A DNA stretch of 64,000 nucleotides, taken from positions 332,100-396,099 of the forward strand of contig NZ_CP020921.1 of the NCBI RefSeq assembly GCF_003057965.1. The letters are read 5' to 3'. Both the position numbers and the translations under genes were made by a program. Shown in pieces: positions 30,610 through 41,107 of the stretch (positions within the stretch are counted from its first letter, which is position 1; every line of letters starts with the position of its first letter). The DNA comes from Thermodesulfobium acidiphilum (lineage in GTDB: Bacteria > Thermodesulfobiota > Thermodesulfobiia > Thermodesulfobiales > Thermodesulfobiaceae). The notes under the pieces were generated by a model. That model had not been told where the DNA came from. It ran no database searches and saw nothing but the letters and a program-made list of their open reading frames with translations.

Positions 30610-30918
30610 TTTAATCCCTCCTTAGTATTGAGCATATCTTTATATGTATAAATTGTAATTAGACGATAAAAATAATGAAAGTCAGGAATAAATAGTCCTT
30701 ATGTAGGGGCAATTACTTATTTTAAGGGCATAAATGATTACAAGAAAAAATTCATGCAGCTAAATATTTTTTAATTTTAAAAATAGATACTTTATTAATC
30801 ATATAAGCAATATTCTATAATATTCATAAAATATTTTAATTTTACATATTATTTAATTAAGATATAATATAATTATAAACTTTTTATTTTCTATTAATTT
30901 TTATTGGGAGGTGTTTAT

Positions 30919-32004
30919 GTGAGCTACCGCAGCGATTTTTCGTTAAAAGAAGCAGATGACGATGCTAACCAAGAACGTCTATCAGCTAATTTTATGTCTT
31001 GGTTGGTCAAAAGCATCGCATTGGGTCTGGGTGGTCTATTTGCTTTAAGTATACTCAATTCATCAGATAGCGCAGATGCTGCAGAAAAAAATAATGCTAA
31101 TTTGCCTACCGGTCCAATTAATAATCACAGATGGATGGGATGGGAAAATCCCGTTCTTGATGACAAAGATGGCTGGAATGATTGGGATAAGTTATTAAAT
31201 CCCAAAAATTTACCTGTTTGGTATGACAATTTTCACGAAATTGACAAAACTAAACCAAAACACCACTGGGTAATGGTAATTGATACTAGAAAGTGCGTGG
31301 GTTGCCAGGCCTGTGTAATTGCTTGTAAGAGTGAGAACAACGTCCCATTAGGGGTGTTCAGGACGGTTGTGCAAGTAATGGAAACTGGTTCAATGGAAAG
31401 CTCCCCAAACGGTATGGTTGTTACAGATGATGGAAACTATGAACCTAATGTTAAGAAATTTATGCTCCCTAGGCTTTGCAATCACTGTGATGAACCACCC
31501 TGTGTGGAGGTCTGTCCTGTAAAAGCAACTTTTAAGAGGCAAGACGGAATAGTTCTAGTAGACTATGAAAAGTGTATTGGGTGCGGCACTTGTATACAGG
31601 CATGTCCATATAATATGAGATTTTTTAATCCTGTTACAAAAACTGCTGATAAGTGTACTTTGTGCGTTCATAGAATTGATGCAGGTCTTGAGCCGGCATG
31701 CGTTACCAGCTGCGTGGGCAGGGCAAGAATTTTTGGTGATTTAAACGATCCAAAGAGCGAAGTGTCCAGGCTTATTAGCCAGTACCCTACTGCCAGATTA
31801 AAAATGTCTCAGGGGACAGAGCCTCAAGTCTTTTATATTGATCTGAACGGAAATCTTGAGGGTAATACGAGTATGGACAAGGTTTTTATGGAATATACAT
31901 ACACTATAGGTTTTAATACTACAGCTTATAAAAAGCTTGGCGGTGAAGTTGATTTGCCAAAAATTGAAGAGCACAAGAATCCGTTTAAAGAATTCGAAAA
32001 ATAG
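30919..32004 (+). CDS. 4x[4Fe-4S] electron-transfer subunit (TtrB/NrfC/DmsB-like)
   Basis: CVGCQACVIAC, CNHCDEPPCVEVCP, CIGCGTCIQACP, CTLC...PACVTSC; GTG start after GGAGGTG. Confidence 0.92.
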   Translation: MSYRSDFSLKEADDDANQERLSANFMSWLVKSIALGLGGLFALSILNSSDSADAAEKNNANLPTGPINNHRWMGWENPVLDDKDGWNDWDKLLNPKNLPVWYDNFHEIDKTKPKHHWVMVIDTRKCVGCQACVIACKSENNVPLGVFRTVVQVMETGSMESSPNGMVVTDDGNYEPNVKKFMLPRLCNHCDEPPCVEVCPVKATFKRQDGIVLVDYEKCIGCGTCIQACPYNMRFFNPVTKTADKCTLCVHRIDAGLEPACVTSCVGRARIFGDLNDPKSEVSRLISQYPTARLKMSQGTEPQVFYIDLNGNLEGNTSMDKVFMEYTYTIGFNTTAYKKLGGEVDLPKIEEHKNPFKEFEK

Positions 32005-32013
32005 GAGGAAGTT

Positions 32014-33192
32014 ATGCTAGGAGGACAATTTTTAGAAACTGCAGTTTGGGGACTGCCAATAGTTATCTACCCATTTTTGTCGGGTTTGATGGCTGGGGCC
32101 TTTGTAATTGACTCTCTTGCCCACCTATTTGGGTTTAAACAGTTTGAGCCAGTTGCGAAGTTAGCTGCTACCTCAAGCTTTGCTATGGTTTTGATAGCTG
32201 CTCTTGCCCCATTGGTAGATAGTTTGCAACCAGCAAAAGCGCCATTGGAACTTTATTTTAGAGATCACTTTCCATATTCTCCACTGAGTGTGTTTATAAT
32301 AATATGGACACTGTATGTAATATTAATGTTTTTTGAAATGTACTTTGACTATAGGGTCGAAAATATTGAGAAATCCAAGCTAAGCGGTATTAGGGGGTCT
32401 ATAGCAAGGTTTTTGACTTTTGGCAACAATAATATTTCAAAAGAATCTCTGTTAAAAGACAGAAAGGCTCTTTTTATAATCTCTGTAATAGGCGTTCCTC
32501 TCGCATTCGCTTTTCACGGATACATTGGTTTTGTATTTGGCGCTATAAAAGCCAGGGCTTTGTGGACAAGTTCTGTTATGATGCTTATGTTTATAACCTC
32601 TGCCATTGTCTCAGGCGCAGCTCTTGTTACCTTGCTTTATGTCATTGGATATTCATATTACTCTAAGAAAAACGTTGTAAATATAGAAACGCTAAATGCC
32701 TTGGGAATATTTATGATATTTGCAATTGCATTTGATTTGTTTTTAGATTTTATTGATAAACTTTATTCATTTAGGGCATACACCGAAGCAGACGTATTCC
32801 ACGGTTGGACTTTGGTTTATAATGCAGGTGGTGTTTTGTTCTTTAATTACTTTGTCGTTCAAATACTTCTTGGTCTAATAATACCGCTTATCTTGTTGAT
32901 ATTTAAACCCGTAAGGACGTCTAAGCTTATGATGGTAATAATCTCAATATTTGTTCAGGTAGGAGTTTTCGCAATGAGGTTCAATACAGTCATAGGCGGA
33001 CAGCTACTGCCGAAGATTTCTCAAGGTACCATTATTCCTGAATTTCCATGGCTTGGTTTTGATGGAATATTATCTTCAATTGGCTTGATTTGTTTGTCAA
33101 TAGTAATATTTTTTATCCTTGGATGGCTGTTTGGTTGGGAAGATTCGAATAAGAATGGCTTTGAAAATCAAACAAATTCAGTAGACAATTAA
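32014..33192 (+). CDS. NrfD/PsrC-family membrane anchor subunit
   Basis: WGLPIVIYPFLSGL, HGYIGFVFG, SAIVSGAA, RFNTVIGGQ. Confidence 0.9.
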   Translation: MLGGQFLETAVWGLPIVIYPFLSGLMAGAFVIDSLAHLFGFKQFEPVAKLAATSSFAMVLIAALAPLVDSLQPAKAPLELYFRDHFPYSPLSVFIIIWTLYVILMFFEMYFDYRVENIEKSKLSGIRGSIARFLTFGNNNISKESLLKDRKALFIISVIGVPLAFAFHGYIGFVFGAIKARALWTSSVMMLMFITSAIVSGAALVTLLYVIGYSYYSKKNVVNIETLNALGIFMIFAIAFDLFLDFIDKLYSFRAYTEADVFHGWTLVYNAGGVLFFNYFVVQILLGLIIPLILLIFKPVRTSKLMMVIISIFVQVGVFAMRFNTVIGGQLLPKISQGTIIPEFPWLGFDGILSSIGLICLSIVIFFILGWLFGWEDSNKNGFENQTNSVDN

Positions 33193-33204
33193 AGGTGGTT
33201 TAAT

Positions 33205-36200
33205 ATGAACATGAATAGAAGAGATTTCTTAAAGTATTTGACATTTGGAGTTTGTGCTGCTGGAGTCGGTGTGGGAGCGAGTCAGCAAGATCTGCCTAGA
33301 TATTTTGGGTATGATGGTAAGCTGATTTATCCGGGTCGAGTAGAGAATTGGCCAGGAGTTGAGGTAAAGTTCTCAACATGTAAACAGTGTCACAGCGATT
33401 GTGCTCTGATGGCAAGAGTGTATAAGGGTACAATATTAAAGTTAGACGGTAGCCCTTATGACATTCACGATACAGAACCTCAAATTAAATACTCTGATTC
33501 ACCAAAAGAGGCTATTATGTATGTGGGTTCTACCTTTGACACATCTAAACCTTATGCAAACGGCTCGCACTCGCTGTGTGCAAGAGGACAGGCTGGCAGG
33601 CAGACTGTTTACGATCCTTATAGGATATACAAACCATTGAAAAGAGTTGGACCAAGGGGTTCAAAAAAATTTAAAACAATATCTTATGAACAATTGCTTG
33701 ATGAAATTTACAATGGCGGCTATCTGTTTAAAGATGTCCCAGGTGAAGAGAATAGATTTGTGGAAGGTTTTAAACAGCTCTGGAACGATGGTAAAAATAG
33801 ATTTGTGCCAGCAAATGAACAATATCCTGATTTTGGTCCAAAAACTAATCAATTTGTGGCCTATTGGGGTAGGGCTGAAGGCGGGCAAAATAACTTCATT
33901 ACCAGGTTCGCAAATGCCTTTGGGTCTGTAAACGCCCTGCCTCACGTTGCTGTTTGTGAGCTGACGCACCATGTGGCGACCCATTCAGTAGTTCCCTCTA
34001 ACATGCTAAAGCCTGATCTGCCAAATTGTGAGTTGGTTTTAGTTTTTGGCTCTAATTATTATCAGGCTAACTTTCCGATGCAAACTCTGGCAAGAAGATC
34101 TGCTGAGGCCACGTCAAGCGGGAAAAAGGTAGTATATATTGACCCAACAGGAGGTAATCAAATATCACATGCTGATTTTGTGCCTATAAAACCTGGCGGC
34201 GACGGTGCTTTTGCAATGGGGATGATTAGATGGATTATAGAAAATAAAAGGTATAACGAAAAATACTTAGAAGTTCCTAATTTTGATGCAGCCACAAAGC
34301 AGGGAGAACCAAACTTTTCTAATGCAAGTTATTTGGTCATAGTTGATAAGGGCAATCCAAATTATGGTGCTTTTGTAGACAAGGGTATGGTCATAGATAA
34401 ACAATCTGGCTCTCCAACTAAGGCATCTGATTGCACGAAAGCTAACTTGTGGCCTACAGGATATTTGTCTCTTGAACCTGTGACGGTAAATGGTGTGCAG
34501 TGTATGACGGCTATGCAATATCTATGGCAAGAAGTTTCATCACACAGTTATGATGAATATCAAAAAGAATGCGGCATTTCAAAAGAGACCTTTATAAAAC
34601 TTGCAGATGAATTTACTTCACATGGAAGAAAGGCTGTTGCTGATATGTATAGGGGTGCAGCAATGCATGCAAATGGCTATTACAATGCAAGGGCTGTCAT
34701 GCTTCTAAATGTCCTGATAGGGAACATTGACTGGAAGGGAGGCTATATCAATGGCGCTCCTTCAGCAAATTATATGAATGGCCCATACGACCTTACGAAA
34801 TGGCCGAATTTTGTTGCGCCAAAGGGCGTAAAAATTTCGAGAGAGGGCAGCTTTTACGAGAAAACGAGTGAATACAAGAAGAGGTCTGAAAATGGCGGCA
34901 ATCCCTTTCCTGCTGAAAGACCATGGTTTCCATTCGGATTTGGGATATGGCATGAGATATGGGGTGGAACTTATTTCCAGTATCCATACCCTGTAAAGAT
35001 ACTCTTTCAGCACATGGCAAACCCTGCATGGGCACAGCCAGGTATGGGCGGAGCTGATGATGAGTCTTTGATGTGGATAAGGATGATAAAAGATTTAAAT
35101 AAAGTACCATTGTTTATTGCAAGCGATATTGTCATAGCTGAGAGCTCTAGCTATGCCGATTACATAATTCCTGATGCAACGTATTTGGAAACATGGGGTA
35201 TGCTGCCAGGATTTCCAACATATCCTACTTCAAGAATATCTGTAAGACAGCCTGTAATTGAGCCCATGACAGAGAAGACCAAAGATGGTAAGCCTATTAC
35301 AATGGAAAACTTCTTAATAGATCTTGCGATAAAAATTGGTTTGCCAGGCTTTGGTAAGAACGCCTTTTTGGACGGTTCTCAGCTGACTATTCGTGAAGAG
35401 TATTATTTAAAGATGTTGGTAAACATAGCAATGGATGACAAGACCCTATTAAAGCTTGATGGTAACAAGATTGTAAAACAAGGACCCGTTCCTGATGGGG
35501 ATGCCTATGATATGAAAAGCGTTGAAGAATATATGAAAAAATATCCAAATGCTTTGAAGGGAAATGAATGGAAAAAGGCTGCTTATGTATTAGCCAGAGG
35601 CGGACGCTATGAAGATTATGATGTTGGATATCTGCCATTTGGTGAACCCGAATGGGTAACACACAGGCTGGGCAACAGCAAAAATGTCATTAAACTCTAC
35701 AACGAAACGGTCGCGCTTACACACAACGCTATTACTGGAGAACGATTCGATGGATGTGTGAGACTTGAGCCGCCAAAGAATATGATGGGACAGCCTATAT
35801 ATGAGATTTACTCAAGGAAAGAATATCCATTTATGCTTTCTACTTACAAGGTTCCTATACATTCAAAGTCGAGGACTATTTCAGATCCGTGGTTGTTAGA
35901 GCTGTTGCCTGGAAACTTCCTTGAGATAAGTGAGGTTGACGCAAAAAAATTAAAATTAGATAATGGAGATACCGTAAGACTGATCTCTCCTTCCTACTCA
36001 AAGGGTATTGTTTGCAGGGTGAGAATAAAATTTGCACTTAGGCCGGGAGTAGTTACTTATTCTCAAGCTTTTGGAAGATGGCTTTATGGTTCTGGAGAAT
36101 GGTATATCGACGGTAAAAAATATGTTGGAGATCCGGCAAGAAATGTAGGCATTCATCCAAACCACTTGATGCTCTTAGATCCTTCTATAGCGGCAAAAGA

Positions 36201-36282
36201 TGGATGGACCACGGTACTTCAAAGCGATGTTGCGGGCGGTATGGTTTATTATGATACTCCTGTAAAGATTGAAAAGGTATAA
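33205..36282 (+). CDS. Tat-exported molybdopterin oxidoreductase catalytic subunit, TtrA/SrdA-like
   Basis: NRRDFLK, CKQCHSDC...LCARGQAG, PLKRVGPRG, HVAVCEL (Cys ligand position), YADYIIPD; about 1025 aa; B-C-A gene order. Confidence 0.85.
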   Translation: MNMNRRDFLKYLTFGVCAAGVGVGASQQDLPRYFGYDGKLIYPGRVENWPGVEVKFSTCKQCHSDCALMARVYKGTILKLDGSPYDIHDTEPQIKYSDSPKEAIMYVGSTFDTSKPYANGSHSLCARGQAGRQTVYDPYRIYKPLKRVGPRGSKKFKTISYEQLLDEIYNGGYLFKDVPGEENRFVEGFKQLWNDGKNRFVPANEQYPDFGPKTNQFVAYWGRAEGGQNNFITRFANAFGSVNALPHVAVCELTHHVATHSVVPSNMLKPDLPNCELVLVFGSNYYQANFPMQTLARRSAEATSSGKKVVYIDPTGGNQISHADFVPIKPGGDGAFAMGMIRWIIENKRYNEKYLEVPNFDAATKQGEPNFSNASYLVIVDKGNPNYGAFVDKGMVIDKQSGSPTKASDCTKANLWPTGYLSLEPVTVNGVQCMTAMQYLWQEVSSHSYDEYQKECGISKETFIKLADEFTSHGRKAVADMYRGAAMHANGYYNARAVMLLNVLIGNIDWKGGYINGAPSANYMNGPYDLTKWPNFVAPKGVKISREGSFYEKTSEYKKRSENGGNPFPAERPWFPFGFGIWHEIWGGTYFQYPYPVKILFQHMANPAWAQPGMGGADDESLMWIRMIKDLNKVPLFIASDIVIAESSSYADYIIPDATYLETWGMLPGFPTYPTSRISVRQPVIEPMTEKTKDGKPITMENFLIDLAIKIGLPGFGKNAFLDGSQLTIREEYYLKMLVNIAMDDKTLLKLDGNKIVKQGPVPDGDAYDMKSVEEYMKKYPNALKGNEWKKAAYVLARGGRYEDYDVGYLPFGEPEWVTHRLGNSKNVIKLYNETVALTHNAITGERFDGCVRLEPPKNMMGQPIYEIYSRKEYPFMLSTYKVPIHSKSRTISDPWLLELLPGNFLEISEVDAKKLKLDNGDTVRLISPSYSKGIVCRVRIKFALRPGVVTYSQAFGRWLYGSGEWYIDGKKYVGDPARNVGIHPNHLMLLDPSIAAKDGWTTVLQSDVAGGMVYYDTPVKIEKV

Positions 36283-36286
36283 GTAA

Positions 36287-36925
36287 TTGATAAACAACCT
36301 CGATGACTTTAACCTTGAAAGAAAAACTATATACAATATTATCTCTGATATTTTTATACTTAATCCTGATAAAGAACTTTGTAACAGACTATCAAGTTTA
36401 GAGTTATGGGATTTTCTTGGAGAGTATTTAGAAGATAAAAATACTTCTGAGAAATGTATGAATCACATATTGCTTGCTCTGGGTGACGAAAAAGAAATGT
36501 CGAGATTAAATCAGATATTCGAAATGTCTTTTGTGATACCTGTTGCGAATTATTTTATTCCACCCTTTGCAAGCGCTTATATTAGTTATAAGGAATTTCG
36601 GGATAATAACGAATTTTACTCATTGCCAGAGGAGCTGAACACTATATATGGTAATTATGGGATAGATTTTTCTAGCATTCATAGAAGCGACCATATTTCT
36701 ATAATCTGCGCATTTATGTCTATTTTAATTGTCTCAGAAAGTAAGGATAAAAATAGTGCTCTGCTTTATGAAAAAAACTTTTTTAACAGATTTATTTTAA
36801 ATTGGGCTCATATATTTTTTGAAGAAATATCTCGTAAGTTGGAAGAATCTTTTTATAAACACTTTGCCACATTGTGTAAAAGATTCTTAGAAAAGGAAAA
36901 AACTTTTTTTAGCACCCTATCTTAA
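36287..36925 (+). CDS. TorD/DmsD-family molybdoenzyme chaperone
   Basis: PPFASAY, SDHISI, FILNW; follows the catalytic subunit. Confidence 0.82.
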   Translation: MINNLDDFNLERKTIYNIISDIFILNPDKELCNRLSSLELWDFLGEYLEDKNTSEKCMNHILLALGDEKEMSRLNQIFEMSFVIPVANYFIPPFASAYISYKEFRDNNEFYSLPEELNTIYGNYGIDFSSIHRSDHISIICAFMSILIVSESKDKNSALLYEKNFFNRFILNWAHIFFEEISRKLEESFYKHFATLCKRFLEKEKTFFSTLS

Positions 36926-36938
36926 TGTTATAAGTTTT

Positions 36939-36990
36939 AAGCTGTCTGAGAGAAAAAAGGTTTTGATCTGATTCTTTCAGGCAGCTTTTT
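36939..36990 (+). terminator. Probable terminator of the molybdoenzyme operon
   Basis: AAGCTGTCTGA ... TCAGGCAGCTT followed by a T-run. Confidence 0.6.
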
Positions 36991-37044
36991 ATGTTATGTA
37001 GTTTTATAGTAGAATTAGTTAATACTAACTTAGGAGATTTTATT

Positions 37045-37932
37045 GTGAATAAAGTTATTTCTTTATATTTGATCTGCTTATTATTTTTGCTCTTTTCAAG
37101 CGATATCTCTTTTGCAAACGAAGCCGCCGTGCATGCTCAAAGCGACATATCGAATAGGTTATCTCTTTATCTGCCTCTTAACAAAATCTTGAATGTATAT
37201 CCTGTTAACAATAGCGATGGCAATAAGTGCTGGATTGTGGTATCTATCGATGAGAACAATCTTACCGATCTTGATCTTTTTTCTACTGTGGGTGAGGGAA
37301 TAATATTTAAAAATTTAGATCGCCTTGTTTTAAATTATCAAAATCCAACCTTTAAAGTTTTTCCTCTTGATAACAATAATCCAAGCGCACTATTAGTCTG
37401 GGATAGGGAAGGAAGCGGAGCGTTTCTTAACTATAAAATATTTTTGGTAAAGGATGGCAGGCTTGTCGATATAGCAGAAGGAGAATCTTTGTTCCAGGGA
37501 AGTATCAAGACTTTTGATGGGGGATATGAACTTACATCCTCTGATAAGAGGTGGTTTTTTGTATGGAACTCAGATAAATTTGAAAAAAATATAGAAGGGG
37601 ATTTTTTAAGTTATCCTGATAACTTTGTTTCAGATGCCAACTTGCCTGATGGGAATACCCTTTTGGTAACGTATAGGGTTGAAAAAAAAGAGGTATCGTG
37701 GCTTTCCAACGATAGGGTTAGCCTAAAGGTTGGTCAGAAACTATTTTTGAGAAGACTTAATCCCTTAGAAGATACTACCTGCAGAATTATATACGGCTAT
37801 GGCAATATATCCTACCAGGGCAATGGCCTGTTTCTGGCAAAAAAACAGGGAACAGCTACCATCACCCTTGTCCCAGGAGGATATGATTGGAGTAAAGCCA
37901 AAACCATAACAGTTACTATATCAGCTTCTTAG
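37045..37932 (+). CDS. Hypothetical exported protein
   Basis: GTG after AGGAG, signal peptide ending SFA; beta-rich, possibly Ig-like C-terminus. Confidence 0.6.
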   Translation: MNKVISLYLICLLFLLFSSDISFANEAAVHAQSDISNRLSLYLPLNKILNVYPVNNSDGNKCWIVVSIDENNLTDLDLFSTVGEGIIFKNLDRLVLNYQNPTFKVFPLDNNNPSALLVWDREGSGAFLNYKIFLVKDGRLVDIAEGESLFQGSIKTFDGGYELTSSDKRWFFVWNSDKFEKNIEGDFLSYPDNFVSDANLPDGNTLLVTYRVEKKEVSWLSNDRVSLKVGQKLFLRRLNPLEDTTCRIIYGYGNISYQGNGLFLAKKQGTATITLVPGGYDWSKAKTITVTISAS

Positions 37933-38488
37933 CAAGCCAGGCGATGTTGTGAGCCAGATCGATCATGGTCCTTATGCCCTCTTCGTCCTTTTCTACTTCG
38001 CCTTTGTTTCTACCAATACCTATGTTCCAGTAGCTTGACCCAACCACGATCATCTGCTCAATTAAAAAAAAGTGATTGACGCTGTCGAATCCGTGTATTG
38101 CTCCAGCTCTCCTGTTTACTATTACTGCAGCGCCGATCTTTCTCTTTAAAAGAAAGTCATTGGCTCTGCCTACCATTCCAGCCCTATCTATTAAACATTT
38201 TAATTCGGGAGTAATGTCTGCAAAGTAGATAGGGGAGCCAAGCAGAATAATATCAGAGCTGATCATCTTTTCAAAGCACTCGTTGAATATATCATCGTCC
38301 ACGGCACAACGCTTATCTTTGTTTGCAATACACTTATAACATGCTGTGCAGCCGTGGATCTTTTTCCCGGCCATCTGATAGAGTTCTGTTTGAATTCCAT
38401 CTTTTTCTAATTCACTTAAGACCTTCTTTAACATTATTGCGGTATTAGAGTCTTTTCTTGCACTTGAGTTGATAGCCAATGCCTTCAT
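37916..38488 (-). CDS. Iron-sulfur flavoprotein (NADPH-dependent FMN reductase family)
   Basis: SARKDSNT, CTACYKC...C, GSPIYF, RRAGA, SSYWN. Confidence 0.9.
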   Translation of the reverse strand: MKALAINSSARKDSNTAIMLKKVLSELEKDGIQTELYQMAGKKIHGCTACYKCIANKDKRCAVDDDIFNECFEKMISSDIILLGSPIYFADITPELKCLIDRAGMVGRANDFLLKRKIGAAVIVNRRAGAIHGFDSVNHFFLIEQMIVVGSSYWNIGIGRNKGEVEKDEEGIRTMIDLAHNIAWLAKKLI

Positions 38489-38508
38489 AATTATCCCTCC
38501 TAAATAAA

Positions 38509-39105
38509 TTATTGAAATCTTTCTTTGACAAGCCAGGCAATGTTGTGAGCCAGATCGATCATAGTCTTTACGCCCTCTTCGTCTACCTCTTCCTCTGAAA
38601 CGCTTATTGCTTCCGATCCTCTTCCTACTCCTATATTTAAATAATTTGATCCGACAACGATCATTTGTTCTACTAAAAAGAAATGATTAATCGAATCAAG
38701 ACCATGAATTGCTCCGGCTCTCCTATATCTTACTACCACACCAGCGCCAACTTTTCTTTTTAAGAGATATTTGTTTGCGATTGAGACCATTCCGCATCTT
38801 TCCATAAACGCAATAAGCTTTGGAGTGATGTCCACCAGATATACTGGGGAACCAAGAATTATAATATCTGATTCTATCAATTTTTGGATATAATGATTTA
38901 GATTGTCATCCTTTATTACGCATTTCTTATCTTTATTCTTAAAGCACTTATAACAAGCAGTGCAGGATTTTATTTCCTCGTCTGCAAGTTCTATGAGCTC
39001 TGTTTGTATTTTTTCTCTATCCAGCTCTTCTAAAACTGTCTTTAACATGAAAGCAGTATTCCCACCCTTTTTTGCACTTCCGCTAATAGCTATCGCCTTC
39101 ATCAC
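38509..39105 (-). CDS. Iron-sulfur flavoprotein paralog
   Basis: SAKKGGNT, CTACYKC...C, GSPVY; highly similar to the neighbouring gene. Confidence 0.88.
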   Translation of the reverse strand: MMKAIAISGSAKKGGNTAFMLKTVLEELDREKIQTELIELADEEIKSCTACYKCFKNKDKKCVIKDDNLNHYIQKLIESDIIILGSPVYLVDITPKLIAFMERCGMVSIANKYLLKRKVGAGVVVRYRRAGAIHGLDSINHFFLVEQMIVVGSNYLNIGVGRGSEAISVSEEEVDEEGVKTMIDLAHNIAWLVKERFQ

Positions 39106-39186
39106 TTACTCCTTTCTAAAGGTTCGCAAAATAGTGTATTATTTTATTATAGTTTATTTTAATACAATTAAATTTGGAGGAAATTA

Positions 39187-39597
39187 ATGAACGACATATA
39201 TCCATCCAAAAAAAAGGATAATGAGCTAAAAGAAGTTGAAGAATACCAATATCAGGATGAATTTAGCAGGCTAAAATTCAAATATATAGTTGTAAACAAA
39301 TTTGATGGAAGGATAAAACTCTTTTTAATCCAACTTTTAATCCTGTATATTCTACCTTTAGTATTGAGTATGCTTTCAATTATAAAGGGCAACTTTTTAG
39401 TTGTTTTTTGGACATGGGCACTTCTGACATCCTTTGTAATTTTTTTGGCTAATAAATATTATAAAGTAAGCAGATTTTTTACTATTACACTCTTTTTAAT
39501 TTTCTACTTCACAATCTCTCTCTTTTCAATCTTTTATTTGGTATTTAGTTCGTTTTTTTATCTGATAACGAGTTTTATAACCTTGTTTTTTAGATAA
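39187..39597 (+). CDS. Hypothetical membrane protein (about 3 TMs)
   Basis: ORF with GGAGG SD and a hydrophobic C-terminal half. Confidence 0.55.
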   Translation: MNDIYPSKKKDNELKEVEEYQYQDEFSRLKFKYIVVNKFDGRIKLFLIQLLILYILPLVLSMLSIIKGNFLVVFWTWALLTSFVIFLANKYYKVSRFFTITLFLIFYFTISLFSIFYLVFSSFFYLITSFITLFFR

Positions 39598-39703
39598 CTT
39601 TAATAGTTGATAGTTTGTAGGCTGTTTAAATTGGTATTTTAAAAGGGTCTAAGTGCTTCCCTGGCTTGAAAGTTTGAGCTTATTTTGATATTCTATCTTT
39701 CAA

Positions 39704-41107
39704 ATGTATAGGATTATTTTTTCTCTTATTTTTGTTTTTCTTTTTGTTTCCCTGGGACAAATTTGTGCCTTTGACAAGGATCTTTATGTGGAAAGCTATC
39801 CGAGTAATTTTGCAGGTGAGGTTCTAAAAAACAATGACGGCCTTTTTATGCTGGCAAACAACATAAAGTTGGTTACCAAAAAGAACTTTTTGATAAACCC
39901 GAAAGAAAAAAGGGTTTATATCTTTGACGTAAAGTTTAATTTGCCTGACAGGAAAAGAATATCTCTTGAATCGGTAAACTTTCCACTAAAAATTATCAAT
40001 AAAAACTACTACGTAGACCTTCTTTCGCTTTCAAGCCTCTTTGGTTTTGAGATACTGGACAAAAATGATTACTATCTTTTGGAGCAGGGCAAGAAACTTA
40101 AAATGCCTTCGAACAAAGAGGTACCAACGGGCCTGGTAGCTTTGGGATTTAGCACGGCAAGGAACTTTTCTGATCTTAAAAAAATTGATTTGAATTCGAA
40201 TATCAATACCTTATGTTTTACCTGGTTTTCTCTGGAAGACGGTTTTGGAAATTTTAGCAATAATGCTGATATTGGAGTAGTTAATTATCTTCATGAAAAA
40301 GGATATAAGGTGTGGGGATTATTTAATAATAAGTTTAATCCTGATTTGACACATAAGCTGTTAGAGAATAAATATAACGTTGAGAATGCAATTAAACAGA
40401 TTGTAATGTATGCTACTATATATCATTTAGATGGAGTTAATGTTGATTTTGAAAACTTTAGAGAACTTGACAAAAACAACTTTAATTACTTTATAGAAAG
40501 GTTGTCTGAAAGGTTAAGGAATATGAACGTTCTTTTATCTGTGGACGTAACTGTCCCTAACGATAACTCGTCCTGGTCCTCGTGTTATGATAGAAAAACA
40601 ATATCAGAATTTAGTGATTACGTTGTTTTGATGGCATATGATGAGTTTACCAGGGGATCTGAGAGAGCAGGGCCTACAGCATCTATTTCCTGGGTAAAGA
40701 AGGGATTAGATGATACGCTAAAAGAAGTGAAACCTGCTAAAGTTTTACTGGGAATACCGTTTTATACCAGAGAATGGATAGAAGACTCATCGGGCAAGAT
40801 AATAAGCGTTAAAGCGCTTGACAACAAGGACCTGAAAGAATTTATTGAGGCCAACAGCATTAGTCCAGAATTTGACAAAAAATATGGTCTTTATCATATT
40901 AGCTTTTACAGGTATAATTTAAGACATGAGATTTGGTTTGACGATACAAAGACCATGTCGAATAAACTTGAGCTTATTAAGAAATATAATCTGGGTGGGT
41001 TTGCAATATGGAAACTGGAGTCAGCAGGGATTTCTAGCTGGGCTTCTTTTTCTAGTGCCTTCGGGGACAAATTAATAAATATAGGAGGAATAAGAAATGG
41101 AGAATAG
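39704..41107 (+). CDS. Exported glycoside hydrolase family 18 protein
   Basis: Signal peptide, LDGVNVDFE, LMAYDE, LGIPFY, GGFAIWKL. Confidence 0.88.
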   Translation: MYRIIFSLIFVFLFVSLGQICAFDKDLYVESYPSNFAGEVLKNNDGLFMLANNIKLVTKKNFLINPKEKRVYIFDVKFNLPDRKRISLESVNFPLKIINKNYYVDLLSLSSLFGFEILDKNDYYLLEQGKKLKMPSNKEVPTGLVALGFSTARNFSDLKKIDLNSNINTLCFTWFSLEDGFGNFSNNADIGVVNYLHEKGYKVWGLFNNKFNPDLTHKLLENKYNVENAIKQIVMYATIYHLDGVNVDFENFRELDKNNFNYFIERLSERLRNMNVLLSVDVTVPNDNSSWSSCYDRKTISEFSDYVVLMAYDEFTRGSERAGPTASISWVKKGLDDTLKEVKPAKVLLGIPFYTREWIEDSSGKIISVKALDNKDLKEFIEANSISPEFDKKYGLYHISFYRYNLRHEIWFDDTKTMSNKLELIKKYNLGGFAIWKLESAGISSWASFSSAFGDKLINIGGIRNGE

